From Owenia fusiformis (lineage: Eukaryota): DNA of 64,000 nucleotides. Below the pieces are notes generated by a model. The model was not told where the DNA came from. It searched no databases and worked only from the letters and a program-made list of their open reading frames with translations. The DNA lies in NCBI GenBank assembly GCA_903813345.2, contig CAIIXF020000001.1, forward strand, positions 16,368,001 through 16,432,000, read 5' to 3'. The translations under genes and the position numbers were made by a program. Below are positions 12,460 through 26,400 of the stretch, piece by piece. Numbering within the stretch: the stretch's first letter is position 1; every line of letters starts with the position of its first letter.

Positions 12460-14320
12460 ATCTCCTGCTGTCAAAGATAGCAGTGCATCTATTGATGATA
12501 TCAAACCTATTATTATACGTCAGTCTAAGGATGACCTTCTAAACCCTCTTCTTTTTATTTATAATATGTCTTTTCAACAGGGATGCTTTCCTGATCTTCT
12601 TAAAATGGCTAAAGTCATACCCATATTTAAATCTGGTGAAAATGACAAATTTACAAATTACAGGCCAATATCGATTTTGTCTGTATTTTCTAAGCTCATT
12701 GAGAAACTTGTCCATAAGCGATTATACACTTTCTTTGAAGAATCAAAATTATTTTACTTACACCAATTTGGATTTCGAAAACATTTCTCCACATATATGG
12801 CAATTTTGACCTTTGTCGAAAATATAAGATCAGCTCTTGAAAATGATAAATACTCCATTGGAATCTTCCTTGACCTGTCAAAAGCGTTTGACACTATCAA
12901 CCACGATATTCTCATAAAAAAAACTTGACTTCTATGGTGTCGGACAAGTTGAACAAAACTTTTTTAAAAGCTATCTTCAAAATCGTAAACAAATTGTTTC
13001 TTATGATGGTGCCCTGTCTGACACCCTAACTGTTTCCCAGGGAGTCCCTCAGGGATCCGTTTTGGGACCACTTTTATTTATCATTTATGTTAATGACCTG
13101 TTCACGGCGTCAAAAAGTCTTAAATCTGTTTTATTTGCAGATGACACTAATCTTCTAGCTTCTGACCATAATTTGACTAGACTTGTAAATACTGTTAATC
13201 AGGAACTCATTACTCTTGATGACTGGTTTAAAGCAAACCTCCTTTCTTTAAACTATTCAAAAACAAAATTCATCGTCTTCTCCAAAAAACGAAAAAAGAT
13301 TTGTCAACAAATTGAAATATTTATAAATGGAAAACAAATTGATAGGGTTCATGAAATAAATTTTTTGGGAGTTACAATTGATGAATTCCTTGACTGGAAA
13401 AGTCACATAAAAAATGTAGAAAGAAAAATATCTAGAACCATTGGAATCTCATTCAAATGCAGATACTTGCTAAACATAAAAAGTATGTTAGCAATTTATA
13501 ATTCTTTAATATATTCCTACTTGAATTATTGCACAATCATTTGGGCCGGAGCATATTCAGCTTTGGATAAACTACTCAAATTACAAAAATCATACCTTCG
13601 TCTCATGGCAGGAAAAGACAGGTTTGAGCACTCGGCTCCACTTTTCAAACAATTTAGAATACTTCCAGTGCATGATATCTATCAATTAAATGTTGGAATT
13701 TTTGTTTATTGCTGGTATAACAATATATTAGTCCACCGCAAGATTTTTGAAAACTATTTTACGTTAAATGTTGACATTCATCGGTATCAAACTAGACATT
13801 CACATGATATCCATGCCTTCAAGTTCAAAACAAATATTGGCCTTTATTCACTGAAAGTGCAAGGTCAGCAAATCTGGAATTCTATATCTCATCATATTCG
13901 ACAAGCAGCCTCACTCTCAATTTTTAAGTCTTTGTTCAAACAAAATAAAATAAATGACATACCTTTATAGTTTTAAAGATTTGAAAATGTCTTTACTATT
14001 GAAAATCTGTACTCTGCCACATTTTGTCTTATCAACTTATATATTTACATATTATAAACTTAGCAGCAATTACCCGTTCTCGTGTCCTGTGTCTCTGTCC
14101 CCGAGTGTTAATATTTTTTACATTTTTGAAATTATTTCCAACAGACTTGGGCCAGTGTCATTCTCAGGTATTTCTCCACTCCATTTTTATTTGTCTTACC
14201 TGTTGGTGTCACTGACCCATTTCTGTCCAGTTAAAACCAACATATATGCTCTTGAGAGCGTCATGTTGTATTGAATGTCATATATAATTTTCAAAATAGT
14301 AATAAATATCTGAATCTGAA
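12460..14320 (+). mobile_element. 3' piece of the LINE: RT domain, 3' UTR and (TCTGAA)2 tail (CR1/L2 group)
   Basis: FPDLLKMAKVIPIFK, NYRPISIL, DLSKAFD, GVPQGSVLGPLLF, FADD; one frameshift in the A-run near 12920; stop at 13970; aataaa then tctgaatctgaa. Confidence 0.93.
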
Positions 14321-15030
14321 TATTGTTAATGGGCTAGGAGCATCATAAAACACGAATCAATTGATATTTTAGGTGAAATAAATATACGTGTTGCTGTGCT
14401 TGAAAATAGGCGAATGGCGTAAATCAGCCCTATTTTAATGAATTTTGAAAACCTTTCGTCCTCCACTTTTCCACATACATCAGAAAACACATACTTTTAC
14501 GAACAAAATGAACTATTTATTAATAAACTAGAGTTTAAAAGCAAAATAATCATGTATGATTTATTAAAAATTGATCTCGTATTTTTTGTTTAATGTACAC
14601 CTGAAATGTTGAAAGTAACAAAAAATGAGCAAAAAAGGTCGCTGTCAACAGATTCTATTTTTCAAACTCTATGACGTCACAATATGGGACGCTTACTAAA
14701 ATTCATCCTTTGAAATAAAACTTCTATCTACCTTTATCAAGACGAAAAATAAGTATAATAGACATATATTGTTTGAGTTATGAGCGTTTAAAGACGAAAA
14801 ATAATTCAAAATGTAACGTGTCAACAGGGGATATTTGCCAGATGTTTTGGTAAAAAACACTTTTTTTAAAAAGAACGCGCAAGAATTGTGAACGGAGTGT
14901 AGTTGATCTAAAAACTTCATCGAAACAGCTTTAAAATGATATATAACTTTAATTAGAATATTGTTTTATAATCCGGGGAATCAAAGTTACAGTCACGCGA
15001 TACCCTTAAAACAAATGCGCCACCTTTTTT
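14321..15030 (-). mobile_element. Family A element, second piece of the split copy
   Basis: tattgttaatgggctaggagc...gcgccaccttttt is the reverse complement of ~61413-62123; the terminal ~10 bp are missing. Confidence 0.92.
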
Positions 15031-15702
15031 AAATAATTACACTTTTTGATGGTTTGGGTAAACATATACTGAACATGATGTTGTGTAGATCAAAGTCCTA
15101 AATGCAATTACAGGTGGTGCTAGATGTGACTGCTAGGGTTATATGAAAATTGAATCATTAAAACAGATGTGATTTAAGTTTAAGGGAACTTTCTCCTATA
15201 CCCGCCATGCTATCTGACCCGAACGAGCCACCTGGTGGTGAATCTGGTAACTACCTACTCGCATCTGCGTTATTAGACTAGCAGTTAAAAATTAAGAAAT
15301 TTGTAAATTGCTTACTAAAAAATATAATATTCTACATGACAATGACCCCATCGTGATCGATGCAGAGCTGAATGCGCTACTTATAATTGGAAAAATGGGT
15401 GATGGTACCGAAACAAAATTTTCTCTAAAGGTCAATAAGTAAACTAGTGAAACTTTCGGATATTCCTGATATTTAAATTATCTGTCAGATGGTCACATTT
15501 CAAGAATATTACTTCATTACTCACATAGTTGTTTTATATTTGTCTTGTAAAACGTTCATGTATGAATTTAACTGTGAGCAATTTCAGATAGTTTCAACAT
15601 ATTGATATCCATCTCTGTCGACTGTATACTAAAGCAATCGGAAAACTTGCTTTTTGCATCAAAAAGTATCTTCATTTTTCTCCCAATCGGTCTGTTTTTC
15701 AG

Positions 15703-16607
15703 GGAGTAAACGGACATGGACGGTCAATAGATGATATCAACCAACTAATGGATTCCTTTCTCATAGAAAAGTTCAGAAATGCTTCTGGTATCCAGGGTCA
15801 ACCAGGACCAGTAGGGCCTAGAGGTCCCCCTGGGAGAGCCGGTGGTGCCATGTATGTAAGATGGGGAAGGACAACCTGTCCAGCAAATGTTGAAATACTT
15901 TACTCAGGTATGTATAATTGTAAGCTTCGAACTTACGCAGGCTAGCTACACTTTGTAAAAACTGACATCGATGATCTTAAACCATGTAAATTATTCTGAT
16001 TTATCAGTCTCTCTCTTTAATTTATTTAAAGCTTGTGAGATAAAGATTCCAAGGAATAGCAAAGATTGTGGATCCCAGAATGCATGTTAATTGCATTTTC
16101 GCACACTTCCAGGCATAATTTCACTATAAACACACTGGGTCAGGAAGTAACTACCTTTGTCTCCCAGAGGTGCCAGAGTGGGGCAAGACCACAGATGGTG
16201 AACAATCGAGTTTAATATTTGGAGTTGAGTATGAAATTGGAGTAAACAGCCCATTCAAAACGGACAACTACCCTGACCCCACCAAACCCTCTAGGTGGCT
16301 TCATGACCACGACGCTGTGTGCGCAGTTTGCAGAGTCCCTGACAGAAGCAGTGGTGTTATGATTCCTGCACAAAAGTCATGCCCTGATACATGGACACGA
16401 GAGTATAATGGCTACCTCATGAGCCAGCATCACACTCAACAGAAGTCGGAGTTTATTTGCGTTGATGAGGCACCCGAGGCAGATGTAAGTGGATATGAGA
16501 ACAAGGATGGGGGATTGCTTTACTTAGTTGAGGCCCATTGTGGCGCTCTCCCTTGTCCAAACTACCACCAAGGATACGAACTTACATGTGCTGTTTGCAG
16601 CAAATAA
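15703..16607 (+). CDS. Short-chain collagen C4-like gene, last two exons (15703-15907 and ~16113-16607); possibly a pseudogene
   Basis: Short Gly-X-Y run (GIQGQPGPVGPRGPPGRAG), then YVRWGRTTCP, GSNYLCLP, GVEYE, CAVC, CPDTWTREYNGYLM, FICVD, LYLVEAHCGALPCPNY...ELTCAVCSK; ag/gt sites at 15702, 15908 and 16112. First exon not located. Confidence 0.85.
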
Positions 16608-18558
16608 TGACCTTTTAATTGTATATACTACTGATAACGTAGCTCATTGCGATTTCTGCCATTTGTCGTTGATTAGTAATTCCATTATATATATATTGTT
16701 AGGTGGAGAGTGCTAAATGCCTTTTAAATGTTGATAATTAATGCATAGTTCTAGTTTATACTATTTATACAATGTTGTTTTAATATGTCAAATTGTGCAA
16801 AATAACGTTTTATTGGAGAAAAGCCTGTTCAAAATAGCTGGAAATCAAGGATTTGAGACTTTAACCTGATAATCACATATACTCGCTTACTTAAACACCC
16901 CAGTGCTATGTTTAACGTTTTCTATGCGCAATATGCCATCCGCAGCCCTCAAAAAAGGAATGGAAAGCATTCGAAAATGTGAATAAAATAGAAATATATT
17001 AATATTGAAGCTGGAGGACCGGCTACACTAATTTTCATCATTTTCACTTCCATGCAGTGTTTTAAATATCATTTAAATGAATAGATGGTATCATATACGG
17101 TCGGAACACATACTGTAGTTGGTACGAATATCTTCGCCATCTTTTATTTTATATTGGAAAAACTTGACATTAAAATTCCACAGGTCAAACATATTTTTGT
17201 AAATTTACTGTAAACTCCGATGTGACCTGTTTGAGCTTTTTTGAACCTCATACACTATTGCTGACACTAGGGCAATTGCAGCTGGGTGGGCGTAGGTGTT
17301 AATTGTCTATTGATAATTGAAACATAAATATTTTAAATCTGGAAGGGTACATTCAGGATCATTTTGATCATTTGGTATTGCGTCAATATTGGATTATGAA
17401 GGTAACTGAAACAAAGTGATATGAGAAGGTGACCTACATTTCCGACAAGAACATGTTGTTAACCTTTAATTGTACTTGGTGTCAATGCAATTTTGGCGTA
17501 AAATATTTCTAGCTGAAACCTAAGTATCATTGACATTTAAATTACTTCTGACACTGATGCAGTATAATTGTAGTAGGGGTAACCAAGGAGGAAGTGGAAG
17601 AGTTTTCTCCATGGTGATCTACCTGAAAAGGTATACAGAATCTACAGCACAATGTTAAGTGAAAGGCAAATTATGATTTTCACCAAGAGCCTTAAATTAA
17701 TAACCGTTATCGGCATCATCAAGCACACTGGGTTTATTTTTTATCAGGAGACCACTTGGACTCAGCACAATAATGATTACTTGTCATTATAATGTTCCTC
17801 GATCACAAACATCCAAAGGATTTTTACATGTTTTTTTCACGTGTCGATGTATCGATCAAAGCTTAAAAACTGGGCCTTAAGGGGGCAGTCCTAGGTGAAT
17901 CACCAACACAAAAAGATATGCGGAAGGTGAATCAAGGCACCTTTATTTTCTTAGGCCCAGGAATAAGATAAGGCATGTTTAAAATGTCGCCTCTTGTTCT
18001 GGAGTTCTGAACTGAATGTAATATATTAACTTCATTTGCATAGACTAATTTGCACATACTCTAGACATAGATATGAAATGGATAACGCTGAAAATAATGA
18101 GGTTTTTGTTACGATTCGAACATGAAAACTCAGCCAGACCGGATGAAATATTGACCTTTGTTTAGAGTTGATGGAAGATGGCGTGAATACAGTCATGTTC
18201 GAATCATAAATTGCTGTTTTTTACAATTCACTAAATCAAAAAGCTACACCCATCTGACGTATAAATCCTTTCACGCATATCAAGAATTAACAGAATTCAA
18301 AACAAGTCTTAATTATTTTTTGGGCAACATTTGGCAAACATTGTGCAAGAAATCAACAGCTCTGTTTTTGAATAAAAATGGTGTTTCCAAATCGGTTTGA
18401 ATAATAAAAACTGTTTACAAATAAGAACGTGGTTTAAAATCAATCTTCATCGCCACTTCTTGCTAGGCTTCACACCATCATTACATTAAGACTTTTACTG
18501 AAGACAGTTTCTACATATCGTTCGAATATGACTTCCGTCTATTCGTCAATGACATTAT

Positions 18559-19189
18559 TGTTACGCGGTAAACACGATACAAAAATATGTCATATCCCGC
18601 AACGAATATGGCATATTCACTTGCGGTGTATGACAGATTCACCTGCGGTATATGGCATACACACTAACCAATGAGAACGTGATACGGAAGTACGCAATTG
18701 TCAATTGCATCGATTGAACGAACAAGTAAAACGTTATATATTATTACAATGATTACTGAATTAACAGTACTGTATATCGAATATATTAACTTAGCAGAAG
18801 TATCAGTCAGCAATCTCACCTAATAAACTTACTCAATCAATCCAGGATTCATAAATTAGTACTCGACGCACTAACTATATTGGTAATCCAGCGTAGTTTT
18901 ACATTTAGAGTCGATTCTCGCAACCAATCAAATCAAGGCTTTCTGTATCACGTTTTCACCTGCGGTATATGTCATATTCACCTGCGATATATGGCATATT
19001 CCGCAAGTGAGTATGACATATTCCGCAGGTGAGTATCAGGTATTCACTGAAATCAATGTATCGCATATTCACTGCGGAATATCGCATACTCACCTGCGGA
19101 ATATGCCATATACCGCAGGTGAGTATGGCATATTCACCCGTATCACAAATACCGCGCAACCATGAATGTATGCCATATACCGCGTAACA
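18559..19189. mobile_element. TG...CA element (family B) with 5-bp TSD and internal ~20-bp subrepeats
   Basis: attat|tgttacgcggta ... taccgcgtaaca|attat; atatggcatattcacctgcgg-like units in both orientations. Confidence 0.8.
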
Positions 19190-19722
19190 ATTATTACGAT
19201 GAAGAAACGGGCAAAGATTAATCAATGTTGAAAACGTGCGCTCTGTATCTCATCTACAGGGTGGGTCAAAATAAACGTTAATATTTTTGCCGATACATAC
19301 TAGTTCCGTTTTTCTTGATATTGAACCCGTCCACTCAATCTCCCTTATTTGTCTCAACGCGCACTCTATTGCTTCAATTTTTCTCAGGAATTTTAATTCC
19401 AACTCGAATAATCGATGTTCTACCAGTACGTAACTTGTCATTGAATACGCACGTGGTTCTTTGCTTTTCAATTAAATCATTAGTTGTTGCATAGTTATTC
19501 CATGGTGGTTTTAGGTGTCGAATGCTTTGGATAGATTGAGGCATACATTTATGCTCAATGATCGGCATCTTCGAATGATTTAATAACATTGGACACACTA
19601 CTATACCCCCATACTGTATCCTGTAGGGTAGTGTGTGGATGCTTAAATTAATTTTAGTGAAATCCATACGCGCTCAAGTATGTATTATTGATAAAATTGA
19701 TTATGTATCACCCCTTTCATTA

Positions 19723-20050
19723 CACAGGGTGTGTACCAAACTAAGCATGACAGTTGAACTCCCAGGGTAAGGTACAACACGAGGGTGAAAAATATCATTC
19801 TAGACAGTGAACTTGACAGAGGAAAATTGATATGCCCGTTATACAGTATACTTATACTATATACGCAGTTTGTGTACTGTAAAGTTCACTTTCTAGGATA
19901 TTGTTACAGACATTTACATACAGAAATATCTAGAAATTAGACCAGATCTTTCTAAAACAATGCAAACATCGGTTTGCTCAAATTTCATCACCCCCTCGTG
20001 TTACCCCATCGCGTTCAACTGCCACCGCTAAATTTGATACAGCCCCTGTG
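19723..20050. mobile_element. CAC...GTG MITE with 4-bp TSD (Chapaev-like)
   Basis: atta|cacagggtgtgtaccaaa ... tttgatacagcccctgtg|atta; ~65-bp degenerate TIRs. Confidence 0.6.
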
Positions 20051-20199
20051 ATTACCCCGAGGGAAAATAGTAGACTAAAAGCGAAGTCAAACGAATTCAA
20101 GGGATACCCTTATACATGCACTTGATCCTATTCATATACACCATACCCTATTTGTACATAATAAACCCCATTTGTATACAAATCAGAGCTCATTGAAAT

Positions 20200-20325
20200 T
20201 TAATTTATTCCTTAGAGTAATGACTCTCCAATAACTGCTCCTTCAAATCCTATCTTCAGGGAGTTCAAAATATTAAATATTTTTGACATAAATAAATTTC
20301 AGATCGCTATATTTGTGCAGAAAAC
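20200..20325 (+). mobile_element. Small LINE ORF2 C-terminal remnant
   Basis: TAPSNPIFREFKILNIFDINKFQIAIFVQK aligns by eye with HSAPLFKQFRILPVHDIYQLNVGIFVY in ORF 13062-13970. Confidence 0.6.
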
Positions 20326-23128
20326 TGTGACCGATCTGGGTCTTTTCATGCAAGCTTATTGTATGCAACATTGTATGATTGATTTTAATTAAATGATTTT
20401 AATTAAATTGAATTGAAAAACTGGATCCTGCAAGTTAGCCATTAAAAACTCGGTGAAATATGCCGAGAATCTATTTTCAAATTGCAAGACCGGTGGAATG
20501 TGGGAAGTATTTTTAATTTCGATGTGTCCCTGATAATCAACATTGAATATAAATTGATATGCCTGAAACAATCAGCTAAAAGTTAAAATTATCGGCGGCA
20601 CAAGTCATTGAGATATTAGAATATTTAAGGCCATGCGGTATCAAGGGATTCCAAACTCACACATTCTAATATCAATTTATTTGACTGTTAGGAAAGCTGA
20701 CATTATGTTTACTTTGTGACATCACAATCATCATTGTCAACAAGTTGTGATAGATGAGTAACACTGAGGTAAATTGAATCTGTCTCTTTCGAAGCAATTC
20801 AAAATAAAGGACATTGTCCAGTTCAAACAGTAATTCTCGGTTTAGCTAATATAGTTTAATAGTGTCAGCCGATGGAAAAAATAAGGGTATTTAGGTTCTT
20901 AACGTCAGCGTTGATATTGATTAAAAAGCTTGTATTGTTACAATTGTAAACACAGTCGCACTTATTCTAATTTCCAATCCGACTGGTATAGTACTTTTAG
21001 TTGATTGCTTGTGATTGGCATTTAATTTTTCTATATAAACTGTAGGGATCACGAGAGGTTGATATGGCAGAACATGATAACGTTTTGGATAGAATCGTCT
21101 GATATCATATTATACACGTTAATGCAGCATGTTGCAGCACTATAACATTGTATAAAGATTGTATAATTATCATCAATAAAATTTATTCAAAATGTTATTT
21201 CATAATTTATCATCAATATAATTTATTCATATACTCTAAGAGCGAGGAGGAAAATTCTTAATAAATGGAGTATAGTTGGTTTGGCAGCATTTTCAGTTAG
21301 AGGGAAGTCTTGGATGAAAATTCTACCTAGGTGATAGCTTCACAGAGTGGTACATAATTCTTTTTTTTCAGGGGATAGCCCCCCACCCCCGAAAAACATC
21401 CCACCCCAGGAAAATTATTTTTTCATTCTCAATAACTTTAGATATCTTGATGTTTTTAAGTTACATACATAGACATTATATATATGAATCATTTGCAATA
21501 TAAATAATGCCAATCACTCCTACAGATTTTGAAAAATAGTACAAAGTATGTAGCCCAGGGGGCAAATTCGTGACCCATTTTCTTACTATACAGAGCCTCA
21601 CTTTTCAATGAGACACTGGAAGACATTGGGAAAATTCATGTGAAGTGCCCAGTAGCAGGGCTATTAGCCCTGAAATTTTCAAACTAATTGAATTAGTAGG
21701 TGCGGAGGAAAAAATTGTTGATTTTTTGAAAAATTTGACAATTTTGAGAGGGGTGATTTTGTGTATGACTATAGCTGATGCCTATGGTTTCTAGATCTTT
21801 CCCCCTTTGATGATAAATATGGTTTTGAAGTATGGAACTAAGATGTAAAAAATACTTAAAATGGTTTTTAAGGAAGTTTAAAGTTTTAAACAAGTTCAAA
21901 ATTCGAAGAATTGTATAATATCAGGTCTGAATTTACGAATTTTAGGTAAGACCTTGGACGAGCCTTAGATGTTTTACATCTGTCCCCCTTTGATGTTTAA
22001 GGATTTTAACAAGTCAAAAATTTGAAGAATTGTACAATATCAGGTCTGAATTTACGAATTTCAGGTAAGACCTTGGATGAGCCTTATATTTTTTACATTT
22101 GTCCCTCTTTGATGATATGTATGGTTTTGTAGTGTGAAACTAATAAGTAAAACATAATTAAGATGAATTTGAAGAGGGTTTAAGGATTTTAATTGAGTCC
22201 AAAATTTGAAGAATTGTACAATATCAGGTCTGAATTTGTGAATTTCAAGTATGACCTTGGACAACCCTTATGTTTTTTACATCCTTCCCTCTTTGATGAT
22301 ATTTATGGTTTTGTAATGTGGAACTAAGATGTAGAAAATGGTTTAGATGGTTTTGAAGAGTGTTTAGAGATTTTAATGAGTCTAAAATTTGAAGAATTGT
22401 ACAATATCATGTCTGAATTCTCGTATTTCAGGTATGACCATTGACGACCCTTTTGTTTTTTACATCTGTTCCTCTTTCTTTGATGATATTTATGGTTTTA
22501 AAGTACAGTGTGGAACTAAGATGTAAAATATAATTTAGATGAATTTTAAGAAGGTTTAAGGATTTTAACAAGTTTAAAATTTGAAGAATTGTACAATATC
22601 AGGTCTGGGATTTTCGAATTTCAGGTATGACCTTGGACGACTCTTTTGCTTTTTACATCTGTCCCTCTTTGATGATAGTTATGGTTTTATGGTTTGGAAC
22701 TAAGAATTAAAATATAGTTTAGATGAATTTTAAGAAGGTTTAAGGATTCTAACAAGTTCAAAATTTGAAGAATTGTACAATATCAGGTCTGAATTTACAA
22801 ATTTTAGGTAAGACCTAAACAACCTAACAGTAAGAGATCTTTAACACATGTTCCTCTTTGATGATATGATTGTATGGTTTTGTAGTGTGGAACTAACATG
22901 CAAAAAATAATTTAGATGCATTTTAAGAAGGTTAGAGAAGGTTAACAATTTGAAGAATAGTACAATATCATGTCTGCAATGAATGAATTTCAAGTATAAC
23001 CTTGGTTGGCTCATATGATTTTTACACCTTTCCCTTTTCCATGATATATTTGGTTTAGTTGTGTGGAAATATGTATAACATAATTTACATCGGTTTTAAA
23101 GAAGCTTAACGTTTTAAACAAGTTCAAA

Positions 23129-23164
<36 letters not shown>

Positions 23165-23449
23165 TCCTTCATTCTTATTTATGTACATGTAAATGTAAAT
23201 ATAAATATGTACATGTAAATGTAATGCAATTAATAATATAAATAAAATTTACGTAGACAGAAAAATACACTTATAGTTATGTTGTAAATGTATGACTAAA
23301 TGAATGTTGAATAAAATTGCAATTGTTGTTGATTGATAAAAGAATGAGTAAGAATAAAGTGTATGTAAAACCAATGCAAGGGGTGTGCTTTCCTATCCTA
23401 TTTTGATGCTGTTTACTAAATGTTGTAAAGGGATCTACAATGTTTTTAT

Positions 23450-26400
23450 TTACTGCTTGAATATCTTTTGAGCAGTTTTCCATGCTTTGTCATGGGCTTC
23501 TAACTTGTTATTCTTCTCTGCATTGCTTCTGCTTATGATTTCCTGGGCTTCAACATATTTCTTGAGGCCTGTCATATTTGGTGGTTTATTGTCTAATTTG
23601 TTGAGATAGATGTAGTGTTTAACCAAGAGTAGCGTCAGGTTTTCTCCCAAACTGGTGTTCTCTCCTAGGAAGTATTTTGCTCTTGTCAGGTTTTGTATTT
23701 GACACAGTTGGGTGACCATCTCTATGAATGGTTTGACAGCTATACATTCGTATAGTCCATGTTCGATGGTATCCTGTTTGTCTTCTTTACACAATTCACA
23801 TTGTGGGCTTGTTTTGATTTTCATATTGTGTAGCATTTTGTTGAAAAATATTGTTCGAAGTAATATTCTATATTGGAAATATCTCAGTTTTGTTTCCTTT
23901 GTTGTTATGTATATTCTACAGTAGTTGCTTTTCCAGTTTATATTTGTGTTGTCTATCGCCTTTTCCCATAGTTGTTGTTGTTTTATTGGTTCTTCAGTGT
24001 GGCTTTTTATTAGTATGTTATATGTATCCTTATTCGTCATTGTTTGTAGTTCCTTTATAGAAATGGATTTTTCTTTCACATCAGTTTCTGTCTCGGTCCT
24101 TCTCGGTGTTTTTATTTGGTTTCTCCATTCAGCTGGTATGCTGTGTATGATGTGGTACCATTGAATAAATGTTGTGTTTATTAAATCAAATTTCCTTTTC
24201 AGTGCTTGGTACGGGATTAATTGATTGTCCTCATACAACTGTTTGATATATATTATCCCTTTGGATTTCCACCCCTCTATATATAAGGTCTCTCTTCTAT
24301 TTTGTACGTGTCTATTGTTCCAAATTATCTGGTTTTCGGGTGTATGGATGTCCTTGTACTCCTTATAATGTATTGCACACCATGCATTGTATACGTCCCT
24401 TGCTGCTGTAAGTTTGATGTTGCTGGCAATCATCGGATTGATTTCTCTGAGGTTGTATTCCCATGCATGTTCTCTGATATCTTCAAACTGCTGTTGCCAG
24501 AGTATTTTCCACTTACTTTTTATGTTGTCGTCCGTTAATTTTTTAATCCATTTGAGTTTTAATTTATTAGCAAGTGATGGAATATGCGTCATTTCAAGAC
24601 CTCCATAAGGTATTCCACCTCTTAATGTTTTTCTTGCTATTTTGTCCGGTTTTCCGTCCCATATAAAATCAAATAGTATTCTTTCTAGTTCTTTGGTCAT
24701 TTCAGCTGTTGGTGCTTTTAACACTGACATTGGATATGTTAACTGTGATAAAAGTAGTGACTTTATAACCACGATTTTACCCATCAGGGATAGATTTCTT
24801 TGCTTCCATATTTGTGCTAATCTTAGTATAGTCCTGATTGGTTTGCTATAGTTGATTTCTTCTATGTTTCTTCCATCTATCGGTATTGTTAAGCCTAGGA
24901 GGTTAATCTCCTTTTCTTCTAGATTCACTCCAATATTTGTGCATATTCTCTGTGTCTTTTGTTTGTTTATCTGGTTGTCTTTTCCAATGGTTACTACTGT
25001 TGTCTTTTCTTTATTGATTTTAAGTCCTGATATCATCTCAAATTTATTAAAAAGATCTAGTGCATTTTCTAAATATGAGGCGTCTTTAAGGAACAAGCAG
25101 GTATCATCTGCATATTGCGAGATTCTGAGTTCTTCGTTTTCTGTTAGATTGATACCTTTTATTTTGTCTGTCTTCCGTGTAGCATTGCTAAGAACTTCTG
25201 CACATAGGATGAATATGTAAGGACTCAATGGGCAGCCTTGTCGTACACCTCTTTCAAGGTTGAAGTACCTGGATGTGAAGCCATTGTTTATTATAGTGCT
25301 GTTTATTCCATTGTAGAAAGTTTCAACCCAGGCTATTAAGTCTGTGCCAAAATTAAAATACTTCAAGGTTTTATAGATGAATTTCCACTCCAATGAGTCG
25401 AATGCCTTTTGGAAGTCGATAGTTGCCATAATGCCATTCTTTCCTTGTTGAGTCAAATGTTCCATTACATCTAGTGATAGTCTTATGTTCTCACCTATGT
25501 ATCTGTTTGATATAAATCCTGTCTGGTCTACGTTGATAAGTTTGTAAAGAACTTTTTTAATGCGTTCTGCTATGGCCTTTGTCATTATTTTGTAGTCGTT
25601 GTTAAGTAGGGTTATGGGTCTCCAGTTCTTTATTTTGTTTGGATCTTTACCTTTTTTGGGTATTAGAGTAATTATTCCTCTTTTTTGTTCTATCGTCATG
25701 TCTTTGTTATTTTTTGAGTAGTTGAAGCTTGCACACATTGGGTCTATGATGTCATCTACAAATGTTTTATAAAATTCACTGGAGAGTCCATCGCTTCCTG
25801 GGGTTTTGTTGTTCTTGAGGTTTGAAATTTGTTTTCTGCATTCATCTGCTGTTATATGCCCTTCACAATTTTGTTTTTCATCTTTGTTTAGTTCCAGGTT
25901 TTCTCCTTTTGGGAAAAAGTCTTTATCAAATTTAGTTGTTTCTACAATTCTTGTTTTATATAATTCACTGTAAAACTTTGCTTGTTCTTCACTTATTTGT
26001 TTTTGGTCTGTTATTAGGACGCCTTCTTCATCTTCAATGGCTGTCATGGTTTTGTTTATGTAATTGTGTTTTTCAAGATTTAGGAAGTATCTTGTTGGCT
26101 TTTCTCCTTCATCTACCCATTGACATTTACTTCTAAAGATAGCGCTTTTAGCCTTCTCTTCTTGCATTAAGTCTATTTCGTTCCTTATTTTTTCAGCTCT
26201 GTCTGTTAACTTCTGTCTTTCTGGATCGGCGAGTGATTTATTGTTTTCCTGATGTTCAATCATAATTACTTGGCCAATTTTAATATCTAGTTCTTGTTTT
26301 TTCTTCCTCTTTTTCTCTGTTGCGTAGCGTCTTGTCTCCATTTTAATGTTAAATTTGATTAATTCCCATAAACTATTTGGGTTGAGGTTTTCATTGTTCT

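Noticed and set aside
15489-15559. Candidate signal-peptide first exon for the collagen-like gene (MVTFQEYYFITHIVVLYLSC)
   Set aside because: Its donor is phase 2 while the exon at 15703 needs phase 0; cannot be supported without transcripts.
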